Assembly (NCBI GenBank): GCA_964507055.1
Contig: CAZDOJ010000001.1
Span: 337,313-401,312 of the forward strand
Direction: 5' to 3'
Source of the DNA: an uncultured Gammaproteobacteria bacterium
GTDB lineage: Bacteria; Patescibacteriota; Microgenomatia; Levybacterales; UBA12049
DNA: 64,000 bases
Shown: positions 10,698 to 19,702 of the stretch, piece after piece
Position numbering within the stretch: position 1 is the stretch's first letter
How the letters are laid out: each line of letters begins with the position of its first letter
Notes under the pieces: generated by a model
Database searches by the model: none
What the model saw: the letters and a program-made list of their open reading frames with translations, nothing else
What the model was told of the DNA's origin: nothing
Made by a program: the position numbers and the translations under genes

Positions 10698-10961
10698 CTA
10701 ATGAGATTTCCAGCGTCTTAATCTCGGAATATAGGTATTTGCTAATTCCTTGGCATGTTTTTCGGGCATACCCAAATCATTTACCATATTTTCAACTGAA
10801 TTTTCTATCATGTCATCCATTGTAATGAACGGATTGGTAAAAGAACCATTAAGAAAACAAAATTTGCAATATTTATGATTTTCTGTATGGTCTTCGTTAG
10901 TTCCGTAAAATCCTTCACCCAGTGGCATACCACAACTTTGACAACGAAATGTTAGATCCAT
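10698..10961 (-). CDS. putative zinc-ribbon domain protein
   Basis: CQSCG...CKFCF gives a four-Cys ribbon in an 87-aa protein at the head of the same operon. Confidence 0.5.
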   Translation of the reverse strand: MDLTFRCQSCGMPLGEGFYGTNEDHTENHKYCKFCFLNGSFTNPFITMDDMIENSVENMVNDLGMPEKHAKELANTYIPRLRRWKSH

Positions 10962-11063
10962 TTTGGTATTATATACCCAACTAGCTGTATTTTGAAAGGG
11001 TATAACTTCTTTTCCGAACTAATTTTTAGAAAAGATCACTTTGGGCAATGGGGTTAAAAAAAT

Positions 11064-11354
11064 TTAGTATTGTGCTTCTTGCATAGCTCGTTGTGCTTCT
11101 TGTTCTGCCATCACAGCTTGCTGTTGGTAATATTCAAGATCACTTTGTGCACGTTGTTCTTCATCTTGGTATGTTTGAGCTTGGGAGCGTGAGGTTTCTG
11201 CTTGTTTTCGGTATTGCTCACCTTGATCATAATAAGACTGTGCTTGTCTATCGTTTTGTTCCGCATCCTGTATATAGGTAGCTTTACTCTGAGCAGCTTG
11301 CTCTCTTCTATACAATGCGTCTTCTATATAAGATCGTAAAGTAGTTAAGTCCAT
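11064..11354 (-). CDS. low-complexity Q/E/R/Y-rich coiled-coil protein
   Basis: 96 aa dominated by Q, E, A, R and Y repeats (QAQSYYDQGEQYRKQAE...) with no TM segment. It resembles a hydrophilin. Confidence 0.4.
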   Translation of the reverse strand: MDLTTLRSYIEDALYRREQAAQSKATYIQDAEQNDRQAQSYYDQGEQYRKQAETSRSQAQTYQDEEQRAQSDLEYYQQQAVMAEQEAQRAMQEAQY

Positions 11355-11460
11355 TGTGTATCCTCGCCTGCATATATCATATATGGTGTGGTGTCAAAAA
11401 TACATCAAATATCTGTAAGATAACAGTATGAAGAGATGGTTAAAAAAATGTAAGGAAGAG

Positions 11461-12066
11461 TTAAGAGGTGATGAGGTTTGTAACATCAATAAATTTTTTC
11501 CATTGTTTCTTCTCTGTTTTATATCTTTGATAATCGTTTTTCTCTACTAGATGTGCTTTCTTTGGATTCTCAAGTCGATCTATAAATAATTTTCCATTGA
11601 GATGATCAATTTCATGTTGTAATAAAATTGCTGACCAACCAGTAATAGTTAATACCAGTTCGTTACCTGAGCGATCTAAAGCCTTAACCTTTATTTTTCT
11701 TGCTCTTTGGACATATCCCCATATTGTCGGTAAGTTAACACATCCTTCACAATTCTCAGTGGTAGATTTTGATTTCCAAATTATTTCAGGATTGATGAGA
11801 ACGTATAAGTCGCTATATGATTTTCTTCCAATTGCCATATCTACAATAGAAATCCTTTTTTTAATTCCGACTTGATTTGCGGATAGTCCTACTGTCATTG
11901 TTGATGTTCTATCTCGAGTTGTCCCTTTATTATTGTTGCCATAAACATAATCAATCATGGCTTCAATTTCTTCTTGAATTGATGTTTTACGGAGATCCCT
12001 TTTGGGAATAGGAAGACATACTTTCCGCAACAATTTATCTTGTGGTTGTAGAACTTTTAATTGCAT
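11461..12066 (-). CDS. def: peptide deformylase
   Basis: GLSANQVG (motif 1), EGCVNLP (the EGCLS motif) and QHEIDHLNG (HEXXH) are all present. Confidence 0.9.
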   Translation of the reverse strand: MQLKVLQPQDKLLRKVCLPIPKRDLRKTSIQEEIEAMIDYVYGNNNKGTTRDRTSTMTVGLSANQVGIKKRISIVDMAIGRKSYSDLYVLINPEIIWKSKSTTENCEGCVNLPTIWGYVQRARKIKVKALDRSGNELVLTITGWSAILLQHEIDHLNGKLFIDRLENPKKAHLVEKNDYQRYKTEKKQWKKFIDVTNLITS

Positions 12067-12081
12067 GAATAGATTATATCA

Positions 12082-12540
12082 TTATGGTCCATGATGACTC
12101 ATCGTTCTATCAACATTATGCGTATTAATCGGTCTTCCCTTCTCCACAGACTCTTGTGCTTGCTTACTTGTACGAAGCATTGATGTAACAATTTGGATAA
12201 CACACATTATGAGAATTATTAAGATGTTATAACAAAATCCTGCAGTCATCGCCGAAAGATCGACGGCCATTTCTCCGGGTATTATTTCATCTCTAAATCT
12301 TGGGAATATTCCTACAAAAGGAAAGAGAAAGATATTGCTTACTCCAAAAATAAAACTTGCAAATGCATTATTTGGGTCCGCACCAAAGAGTCGGAGAAAA
12401 AAGCGAAGAAAAAGAAACACGTTAGAAATAAGCAGAAAAATAAATAAACCACGTATGACCTCTTTACGTAGTGTTTCCAATACCAGCAATTCTTTTTGTG
12501 ACGCGTTGAATGCTGGCATATGCGGTGTGAGAATCCTCAT
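12082..12540 (-). CDS. YggT-like small integral membrane protein
   Basis: FLRLFGADPNNAFASFIFGVSNIFLFPF is a paralog of the 30977..31378 protein. Confidence 0.45.
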   Translation of the reverse strand: MRILTPHMPAFNASQKELLVLETLRKEVIRGLFIFLLISNVFLFLRFFLRLFGADPNNAFASFIFGVSNIFLFPFVGIFPRFRDEIIPGEMAVDLSAMTAGFCYNILIILIMCVIQIVTSMLRTSKQAQESVEKGRPINTHNVDRTMSHHGP

Positions 12541-12662
12541 TGTCTCCCCCCTTCTTCTCTACAGTAGAGCATTTATGTGTGAAATATATCAGATATGCTG
12601 GTGAGAAGTGTAAGAATAGTCGTTGCTTTACATTATCTCTAGCAATTGCTATACCTTATATA

Positions 12663-13460
12663 ATGCGTTTTTTCGACAATTATATTAATGTCTTTTTCAG
12701 TACTTTTTTTGTCGGAATGGTTCTTTGGTCAGGGATCTTATTCTTTACTGGTCAAAGAAGCACTGAATGGAATTATCTTTACAATGCGGGCTATTCTCTC
12801 CTCTTTTTTTCTGTCGGAATTATATCCCTCTTTGGCGTAAAATTGCATGGACTTAGTAGTGCTGTAGGCAAAGAATTATTAAGTATCGCATTGGCTATGT
12901 TTGGATTTTCGCTTGGTTTATTTGTGTGGTGCTACTACAATGTCATAGTTAAGATAGGAACGCCGTATCCTTCAATTGCTGACTTCTTTTTTGTGCTTTA
13001 TATTCCTTTTCTTGGTTACGGCATTTTAAATTTATTGCGAGTCTTTGGTATGTTGTATTCTACGAGGATCCTTATGGAAACAATAATAATTTTTGGAGTA
13101 AGTAGTATTCTTATTTTCTTTGTCGGCAACCCTCCCGATTTGTCAAATGAATTGCCTTTGTTAGAAAAATCACTTAATATCTTTTATCTTCTCGGTGATG
13201 CCTTCTTAATATCATTAGGATACATGTTAATTCGGTTAACTCGAGGAAGGATTCATGGAAGCTTTTTCTTTTTAGTTGGAGCCTTATTTGCAATGGCTGC
13301 AGCAGATTTAACTTTTGCATATAGAACAGGAACTGAAGTCTATTGGAATGGAGATATCTCCGATCTTCTTTTCGTTCTTTCAGGGTTTTTATTTGGACTT
13401 GGAGTGACAAAGATTGTTTCAAGTCAACTTAAGATTGCTTCTACACTACCAGATAAGTAA
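12663..13460 (+). CDS. hypothetical polytopic membrane protein (about 8 TM)
   Basis: Long hydrophobic ORF. The ORF-track start at 12540 overlaps the divergent gene, so the first in-frame Met after it (12663) was chosen. Confidence 0.45.
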   Translation: MRFFDNYINVFFSTFFVGMVLWSGILFFTGQRSTEWNYLYNAGYSLLFFSVGIISLFGVKLHGLSSAVGKELLSIALAMFGFSLGLFVWCYYNVIVKIGTPYPSIADFFFVLYIPFLGYGILNLLRVFGMLYSTRILMETIIIFGVSSILIFFVGNPPDLSNELPLLEKSLNIFYLLGDAFLISLGYMLIRLTRGRIHGSFFFLVGALFAMAAADLTFAYRTGTEVYWNGDISDLLFVLSGFLFGLGVTKIVSSQLKIASTLPDK

Positions 13461-13916
13461 TTAACTTCGTTTCGCCTGTGATGCAATAATTTTTACGAGA
13501 ATTGCCTGTAGTTGTTTCTGTTCAGTTGCTGTTAACACCTTTAATAGTTCTGGTTCATATTCATTAAATGCTTTTGCAATTTCCTCACAAAGTTTCGCAC
13601 CTTTCGTTGTCAGTGTGATCATTTTCTCTCTACGGTCCTTAGGATTCTCTTCACGCTTTATATATTCATGGTGCAATAGTCTGTCTACAATACCTGTAAC
13701 ATTTGAAGCATCGCAACGTAATGTCGCCGAAAGTGAATTCATAGGAATTGAATTATCTGCGTCCAAGAGGCAGAGTGTGTACAACTGCATTACAGTTAAA
13801 CCATGCTGCTCTGCAAGATTCATCAAGTTATGTTTTGCTGCAATTGCCACTCGAAATAGTTGCCAATACAGATTTTCTTTAAAATTTGAGCTCGCCATAG
13901 TATTTATTATACGCAA
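13461..13916 (-). CDS. MarR-family transcriptional regulator
   Basis: GLTVMQLYTLCLL...LRCDASNVTGIVDRLLHHEYIKREENPKDRREK is a MarR winged HTH. The gene is divergent from an MFS gene. Confidence 0.85.
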   Translation of the reverse strand: MRIINTMASSNFKENLYWQLFRVAIAAKHNLMNLAEQHGLTVMQLYTLCLLDADNSIPMNSLSATLRCDASNVTGIVDRLLHHEYIKREENPKDRREKMITLTTKGAKLCEEIAKAFNEYEPELLKVLTATEQKQLQAILVKIIASQAKRS

Positions 13917-13937
13917 ATTCTCTTACATAATCAATAG

Positions 13938-13967
13938 TTGACAATATAAACTATCTAGTTCTATAAT
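13938..13967 (+). promoter_or_regulatory. sigma70-like promoter (TTGACA-18-TATAAT) with an embedded palindrome AACTATCTAGTT; candidate MarR operator for the MFS gene
   Basis: TTGACA at 13938..13943 and TATAAT at 13962..13967. The 5-2-5 palindrome at 13949..13960 lies in the spacer, 24 bp upstream of the MFS ATG. Confidence 0.45.
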
Positions 13968-13990
13968 AGTTGAATACTTAAAGTAATTTT

Positions 13991-15397
13991 ATGAAACAAA
14001 AATCTCCTTGGCTTATATTTTTTATAGTAGCAGTTGCCCAATTTATGGTAGTCCTTGATACTTCTATAACAAATGTCGCATTACCTGCAATTGAAAAATC
14101 ACTTGATTTTTCACCAAGCTCACTGCAATGGGTTGTTACAGCATATGCTTTAACATTTGGCGGATTCTTATTACTTGGTGGAAGAGCTGCAGATCTATTA
14201 GGCCGTCGTCGAATGCTTCTTATTGGTATGATAAGCTTCACATTTTTTTCATTACTCATTGGTATTTCTCATTCCGCAACTATGCTTATCGTACTTCGTG
14301 CTCTTCAGGGGGCTGCTGCCGCATTGATGTCTCCTTCAGCTTTATCTATTGTCCTTACTACATTTAAAGAAGGTAAAGAAAGGAATAAAGCTCTCGGACT
14401 TTGGACAACTGTCGCAACTGGTGGTGCAGCTGTAGGGCTATTGCTTGGTGGTGTATTAACAGAATATTTAGGTTGGCAATGGAACTTCTTTATTAATGTT
14501 CCTGTGGGGATTCTACTTTCAATTGCTATTCTAAAATTTGTACCAAAGCAAGAACGAAACACCACACATAGGCATATGGATTTACCGGGTGCAGCATTAG
14601 TTACAAGCGGTTTAATTCTCTTTGTTTATGCAGTGAGTGAATCACCTGCATGGGGAATTTTCAGTGCTCAAACACTTAGTGCCTTTACATTAGCGATAGG
14701 ATTACTTGCAGCATTTATTTACAATGAATCTAAAAGTAAACATCCCTTGATGCCTTTATCGATCTTCAAAATTCGAAATGTTGTAGGAGCTAATTTAATG
14801 ATGGCACCCGTTGCTGCAAGTTTGTTTGGTATGTTTTATATGACATCTCTCTATGCACAAAGTATTCTGCATTACTCTTCCTTGACTGCTGGATTAAGTT
14901 TTTTGCCATTCCCTCTTATTCTTGGATTTATGTCGACACGCGTTCCAGGATTGGTTTCCAAATATGGATATAAAAGATTTCTTGTGATTGGTCCAATTAT
15001 TATTGCGATAAGTTTGGCATGGTTGAGTAGACTTCCTGTGGGTGGGACTTATGTTATTGATATTCTCCCTACCATTCTTTTGATGCCAGTTGGTGTTGGA
15101 ATGACCTTTATGCCGTTATTTGCTGCTGCCACATCAGGAGTTTCACCAGATAAATCAGGTTTGGCATCGGGACTTATTACTACATCTCAACAGATGGGTG
15201 GAGCTTTAGGCTTAGCAATTCTTTCGGGTGTTGCAGCAGCGGCTACTGGAGCTTCTACATCTCATGGACAGCTTGTGCTTGGTTATGATAGAGCATTCTT
15301 TGTTGCCATATTCTTTGTATTAGCTGCGTCATTTGTAGGATTTACTGTCGTCAAACAAACACAAAAACCTGTATCTCCAGTTGTTGTTACTGAATAA
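13991..15397 (+). CDS. MFS transporter, DHA2 family
   Basis: LDTSITNVALPAI...LQWVVTAYALTFGG...GRAADLLGRRR...ALQGAAAAL, with 14 TM helices. Confidence 0.85.
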   Translation: MKQKSPWLIFFIVAVAQFMVVLDTSITNVALPAIEKSLDFSPSSLQWVVTAYALTFGGFLLLGGRAADLLGRRRMLLIGMISFTFFSLLIGISHSATMLIVLRALQGAAAALMSPSALSIVLTTFKEGKERNKALGLWTTVATGGAAVGLLLGGVLTEYLGWQWNFFINVPVGILLSIAILKFVPKQERNTTHRHMDLPGAALVTSGLILFVYAVSESPAWGIFSAQTLSAFTLAIGLLAAFIYNESKSKHPLMPLSIFKIRNVVGANLMMAPVAASLFGMFYMTSLYAQSILHYSSLTAGLSFLPFPLILGFMSTRVPGLVSKYGYKRFLVIGPIIIAISLAWLSRLPVGGTYVIDILPTILLMPVGVGMTFMPLFAAATSGVSPDKSGLASGLITTSQQMGGALGLAILSGVAAAATGASTSHGQLVLGYDRAFFVAIFFVLAASFVGFTVVKQTQKPVSPVVVTE

Positions 15398-15442
15398 TGT
15401 CGATGCGTTTTGTTACGTTACCTGTTTCAATAGAAGGTTCCA

Positions 15443-15784
15443 TTATTTTATTTCCTCCAATCGAAGTGTAATAAGTTCTTTAAGGATATTCTCCGGAATT
15501 GGTTTATCGAGTGGAACTTTAATTGATCCCTTTGCAGTTTCATACATTGTGAGTTTATCCTTCATTTGCTCAACGATTGATCCACTCATAGGATAGACAC
15601 CGATATGTGTGCTGTGTGCATCAAAACCTAAGAATGCTTTTCCTTTTGTTTTCAGTGCGGGCATTCCATATGCAATTGCATCTTCGGCATCAGGAACCAT
15701 TTCCATTCCAATTTTTCTAATCCTCGCAAGTGCTTTGCTTTTATCTGAATCAACTTTTGATAAATAATCATCTATGACTGACAT
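15443..15784 (-). CDS. DUF1801 (YdhG-like) domain protein
   Basis: The size and the YGMPALKTKGKAFLGF block are typical of DUF1801. Confidence 0.6.
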   Translation of the reverse strand: MSVIDDYLSKVDSDKSKALARIRKIGMEMVPDAEDAIAYGMPALKTKGKAFLGFDAHSTHIGVYPMSGSIVEQMKDKLTMYETAKGSIKVPLDKPIPENILKELITLRLEEIK

Positions 15785-15809
15785 GTTACAAATATAGCAT
15801 AATCCACAG

Positions 15810-15929
15810 TTATTTTAGAAGACCTGCTTGCTGCTCAACTCCTGTTATCAATTGGCCGTATAAAAGGATCGCCCCACCAACGACAATAATTATTATTGTG
15901 GCTGTAATAAAAAGCTTTTTGTTACTCAT
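15810..15929 (-). CDS. possible 39-aa single-TM peptide
   Basis: MSNKKLFITATIIIIVVGGAILLYGQLITGVEQQAGLLK is not in the ORF track because it is under 60 aa. It fills the gap between two genes. Confidence 0.2.
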   Translation of the reverse strand: MSNKKLFITATIIIIVVGGAILLYGQLITGVEQQAGLLK

Positions 15930-15932
15930 ATT

Positions 15933-16403
15933 TTAAATCCAACGACGAACTTTCTTTGCATAGCTCGTCCATTCTTTTCCAAACTTTTTTTCTAATTGTC
16001 CCTCTTCCCTTTTAATCATATGATCTGTTAGAAATATTCCCAGTGTGGTTATAACTAATGCAAATGGAGATCCTAAAACGAAAGAAGCTCCATAAAAAAT
16101 AAAGATATTTCCACCAAGGTATAATGGATTTCTTGAGAAACTATATGGTCCTTTTGTCAAAAGCTTTTTTTGCGGTTTAAGAGAAATAACTTTCATTTGG
16201 CTTTTATAAAAATAATACGTAGCCCAGACTCGTATCGCAAAACCAATTGTCAAAAGAAGTAAGCCGATCGAAAATGTAGTTGGATTAAGAAAATTAGCAG
16301 CCCCTAATAATGAATCAATAAAAAGTCCAACGAAGGCTACAATAAAGCCTACAAATAAAACTCCGATATTATGAAGAAGACTTTTGATAAAATTACTGAG
16401 CAT
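15933..16403 (-). CDS. isoprenylcysteine carboxyl methyltransferase / phospholipid methyltransferase family protein
   Basis: RNPLYLGG and the C-terminal EEGQLEKKFGKEWTSYAKKVRRWI match the ICMT/PEMT signature, on a polytopic protein. Confidence 0.7.
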   Translation of the reverse strand: MLSNFIKSLLHNIGVLFVGFIVAFVGLFIDSLLGAANFLNPTTFSIGLLLLTIGFAIRVWATYYFYKSQMKVISLKPQKKLLTKGPYSFSRNPLYLGGNIFIFYGASFVLGSPFALVITTLGIFLTDHMIKREEGQLEKKFGKEWTSYAKKVRRWI

Positions 16404-16465
16404 TACATCAAGTATAAACCTCCTTTATTCTTTATTCAATTTATAATCCGTGTTACACTATTTCC

Positions 16466-17008
16466 ATGAAGTATGTAGCACTCCTTCGTGGGATAAATGT
16501 TGGCGGTAATAATGCAGTGAAGATGTCTGAATTAAAAATAGCTTTCGAGCAACTCGGCCATACAAATGTGCTTACGTATATTAATAGTGGTAATGTCATT
16601 TTTGAATCAGATGAATCTGATAGTAAAAAACTTACACAGGAGTTAGAAAAAGTTTTGACGAAGACGTTCAACTTTAGTGCCCGTCTGCTGGTACTATCGC
16701 ATTCTCAAATGAAGCGAATTCTCTCAGAAGTCCCTATTGAATGGAATACGGATAAAGACATTCGATGTTACGTCACTTTTGTAATGGCAGATCTTACGAC
16801 CACCAAAGCTGCTCAAGAAGTTGAAGTCCGTGAGGGAATCGATATGCTCAAAGTAGGAACACATGTACTTTATATGACGACAAAGATGAGTGGTTTGACG
16901 AAGAGTAAGTTTACCAAAATTATCGGTAAGAAGATTTTTCAAGATATGACTATGAGAAATTATAATACTACGCAAAAGCTATTTGCTCTTATGGAAAAGG
17001 ATCAGTAA
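16466..17008 (+). CDS. DUF1697 domain protein
   Basis: The N-terminus MKYVALLRGINVGGNN is a DUF1697 hallmark. Confidence 0.75.
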   Translation: MKYVALLRGINVGGNNAVKMSELKIAFEQLGHTNVLTYINSGNVIFESDESDSKKLTQELEKVLTKTFNFSARLLVLSHSQMKRILSEVPIEWNTDKDIRCYVTFVMADLTTTKAAQEVEVREGIDMLKVGTHVLYMTTKMSGLTKSKFTKIIGKKIFQDMTMRNYNTTQKLFALMEKDQ

Positions 17009-17013
17009 TTGAA

Positions 17014-17301
17014 TTATTTCTTTTTCGCTGAAGATCCGTCAAGAATGAGTGTATCGGAGGGGTCGCTATGTACTCCCGTTGAACCAACGTGTTTTTCACT
17101 TATTTTTGCTCCACTTTTAATAACATGAACCAGTGCCATGGCATGTCCATGTCCCAATCCAAAATCCTCTTTTAGCCATGCTACAATTTCTCCCGATTTA
17201 GTTGCTTCGCCAAATCCTTTTTCTTTTGCCAATGCGATAAAATCGTTTGGTGTCTTACCTGTTTTTAATTGTATATTATCTAAATAAGCTTGAAATGACA
17301 T
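17014..17301 (-). CDS. DUF4287 domain protein
   Basis: The MSFQAYLDNIQLKTGKTPNDF N-terminus is characteristic of DUF4287. Confidence 0.7.
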   Translation of the reverse strand: MSFQAYLDNIQLKTGKTPNDFIALAKEKGFGEATKSGEIVAWLKEDFGLGHGHAMALVHVIKSGAKISEKHVGSTGVHSDPSDTLILDGSSAKKK

Positions 17302-17305
17302 GATA

Positions 17306-18109
17306 TTATTTATCTTCTGCGAAGAAATCTTCTATGACTGGTACCAGTACCTCAGGTTTAACGCTATGAGTCTGACCTTCCAAAACTTTAAAGGTAGATT
17401 GAGGTACTGTATCAGCGAGCATCTTTGCACCATCTAACATAATTTCAGGGCTTGCTCCACCTGCAAGTACAAGTGTTGGGACATGAATAGATGTAGCCTC
17501 TTGTGGAAGAGCTGAAGTTCTTCCCATAACAGCATTATCGTATGCCATTGTTGGTGCGAGAGCTACCATTCCGCTCCACATTGGAGATTGACGCATTCCC
17601 TCAAACATTCCTTCAGGAAATTGTAGTGCTTTCGCGATCCTGCCCATAAAGAGTGTTGCAGCAGCATCCTTATCACCTTTTGCTAACGCTTCATCAACGG
17701 CATCGCTCACTGTACGTGCTTCATCTTGATCCTTTTGATCGGTCATGAGTGGAGGTTCGTATAGTACAATTGCTTTTACTTTGTTTCCAAGTGCATGTGC
17801 AGCTTTTAACGTGAGTATCGCACCGGATGAAAAACCAACTAAGTAAGCATGTCCACCCGCTGTTTCAATAAGTGCTTCAATATCTTCAATTTCTTTTTCA
17901 ACTGTATATGGTTGTGTATCTCCGCTTTCTCCACGTCCGCGACGATCATATGCATACACAGTAAAATGATCTTTGAGTAGTTCTGCAAATTTAAGAGATA
18001 CTTCTGAAGCTCTATAAACCATTGCTCCATCAACAATTATAAGTGCAGGTCCTTCTCCTCGTATTTCGTACCCAATTTTTGTAGTATCTTTTGAAGTAAC
18101 AAATGCCAT
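17306..18109 (-). CDS. alpha/beta-fold hydrolase
   Basis: GFSSG nucleophile elbow (GxSxG), an HGxxG-like oxyanion region and a C-terminal His. Confidence 0.8.
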   Translation of the reverse strand: MAFVTSKDTTKIGYEIRGEGPALIIVDGAMVYRASEVSLKFAELLKDHFTVYAYDRRGRGESGDTQPYTVEKEIEDIEALIETAGGHAYLVGFSSGAILTLKAAHALGNKVKAIVLYEPPLMTDQKDQDEARTVSDAVDEALAKGDKDAAATLFMGRIAKALQFPEGMFEGMRQSPMWSGMVALAPTMAYDNAVMGRTSALPQEATSIHVPTLVLAGGASPEIMLDGAKMLADTVPQSTFKVLEGQTHSVKPEVLVPVIEDFFAEDK

Positions 18110-18165
18110 AATAAAATATAATTGTAGAGTAAATTTTTGAGAATAATGTAAGAAGTAAGGATCTC

Positions 18166-18798
18166 TTAATTTGTTTGTTTTACTATTGCTAATAGTTCTT
18201 CTGGTTTACTGATAAGAAAATCAGGATGATGTTTTTCAAGACCTTCTTTTATGTTAAATCCCCACGTTACAGAAGCAATTTTTACTCCAATTTTTTGACA
18301 AGCTTGAATATCACGGATCTCATCCCCAACATACAGGATATCCTCTGTTGTCAGTTTGTGTTGTTTAAGAAAATTACGAATCACTTTATCTTTACCAAAT
18401 ATACCTGCATCACTATAGATATAACTGAAAACATCGATCTTATTCTTTTTAATAAAAACTTCTACGTTTGACTTCCCGTTTGAAGTGATAATCCCAAGCG
18501 TATACCCATCAGCTTTTAATTGATGCAGTACTTCTGGCAGACTTGCAAATGATTGCAAATTTGCTATCTCTTGCTGTTGGAGTCGTTTCATGTCACGGGC
18601 AATAAATGGAATTTTATAGAAAGGTATTTTCAAATGTTTGATGAGTGTTCTTGCGTCTTCTGAACGCATTTTCTCAAGTTCTTCACGTGGAAGGTTTTTG
18701 AAATGATGGATCATTGCAAGTTTACCTATTATCCCAAGAAAGCTTTCGTAAGAATCTGCGAGTGTTCCATCAAAGTCAAAAAGAAGTACCGTACGCAT
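18166..18798 (-). CDS. HAD-superfamily hydrolase (phosphoglycolate-phosphatase-like)
   Basis: LLFDFDGTLADS (motif I), ITSNG (motif II) and GDEIRD (motif IV). Confidence 0.8.
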   Translation of the reverse strand: MRTVLLFDFDGTLADSYESFLGIIGKLAMIHHFKNLPREELEKMRSEDARTLIKHLKIPFYKIPFIARDMKRLQQQEIANLQSFASLPEVLHQLKADGYTLGIITSNGKSNVEVFIKKNKIDVFSYIYSDAGIFGKDKVIRNFLKQHKLTTEDILYVGDEIRDIQACQKIGVKIASVTWGFNIKEGLEKHHPDFLISKPEELLAIVKQTN

Positions 18799-18846
18799 GA
18801 AAGAAGTATAGCAAGTTTCCGAGGAATATGCTTGAAAATGTCTTAT

Positions 18847-19281
18847 TTAATCAAGGCTATTTACGAAATCATCAATTGTGTCATGGAATTCATTAAAGAT
18901 ACGATAGAGGCTTTCGGCTTCTTTTTGTTGACCAATTAATATGCATCTTTTCCCCATACCATATGCTGCACCTGCTTCAATATGTGCGGACTTTCCTGCT
19001 GGAAGTAAAAGGATTAACGATTCAGAATCTTTCAATGCGTTCATGTCGACATCAAAAATCTCTTTAACTTCAGAAGATGTAGTCCAATCTGGAATGCTTT
19101 CAAACTTTTGCATGAACTCTTCTGGAGTATGCTTTTCTTCCGCGTCTTTTAACTCGTAGTCTGTTCCATCCCCTTCTATAAAACAATAAACAGTTTTTCC
19201 TCTGGCTCGAATCTTATTGGTCAATTCCAGAACTGTTTCCTTATTTCTCCAGCGTGAAGCGATGAAATATTGGTATTTCAT
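18847..19281 (-). CDS. nucleoside 2-deoxyribosyltransferase-like / DNPH1-like Rossmannoid protein
   Basis: YFIASRWRN, then the acidic catalytic region EGDGTDYE, and LLLPAGKSAHIEAGAAYGMGKRCILI. The start was taken at the internal Met (the ORF-track start overlaps the upstream gene). Confidence 0.45.
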   Translation of the reverse strand: MKYQYFIASRWRNKETVLELTNKIRARGKTVYCFIEGDGTDYELKDAEEKHTPEEFMQKFESIPDWTTSSEVKEIFDVDMNALKDSESLILLLPAGKSAHIEAGAAYGMGKRCILIGQQKEAESLYRIFNEFHDTIDDFVNSLD

Positions 19282-19312
19282 GTGTAGAGTATAGCAAAAG
19301 ATGTTCTTTCTT

Positions 19313-19702
19313 TTACTGAGGAATATATTTTCTTGCAAAGATATCTGCTTCGTTTTCTTGATGATCAATTTCTGATTGGGTTTGCTCTACACCGATTGAA
19401 TTTCGGTGATCTAAGACGACATGTCCAATTTCATGAAGGATTGTGTAGGTAATTTGCGAAACATCTTGACGAAATAATTCTTCGGAAAGAAAAACCAAAT
19501 GTCTATCTTTTATATCGGCACCTCTAAATGTAAAAGCCCATGCGTCCTCTGGAGAAGAAATGAACCAGACCTTTTTACAAACTTGCTCGATTTGTTCGGC
19601 AGGAAGATTGAGAATAGTTTTGCAAACCATTTCTCTCATAGATAAACTTCCAATCAGTTTTCCACCAAGTGCTTTTCTAACACTAGTAACAGTCCATGTC
19701 AT
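19313..19702 (-). CDS. ImmA/IrrE-type (peptidase M78 / DUF955) zinc metallopeptidase domain protein
   Basis: ILHEIGHVVLDH (HEXXH) followed about 20 aa later by ENEADIFARKYI (the E-x-x-A-N/D-x-F-A motif). There is a 4-bp overlap with the upstream gene. Confidence 0.55.
   Translation of the reverse strand: MTWTVTSVRKALGGKLIGSLSMREMVCKTILNLPAEQIEQVCKKVWFISSPEDAWAFTFRGADIKDRHLVFLSEELFRQDVSQITYTILHEIGHVVLDHRNSIGVEQTQSEIDHQENEADIFARKYIPQ

Noticed and set aside
12335-12604. Highly basic ORF (…SRRKKRRKRN…) opposite the YggT-like gene
   Set aside because: It is the antisense translation of a Phe/Leu-rich membrane-protein gene. Poly-Lys/Arg arises from TTT/CTT-rich coding DNA.
15398-15442. Possible intrinsic terminator between the convergent MFS and DUF1801 genes
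   Set aside because: There are only short, imperfect stems (CGT...ACG) and no convincing GC-rich hairpin plus U-run.
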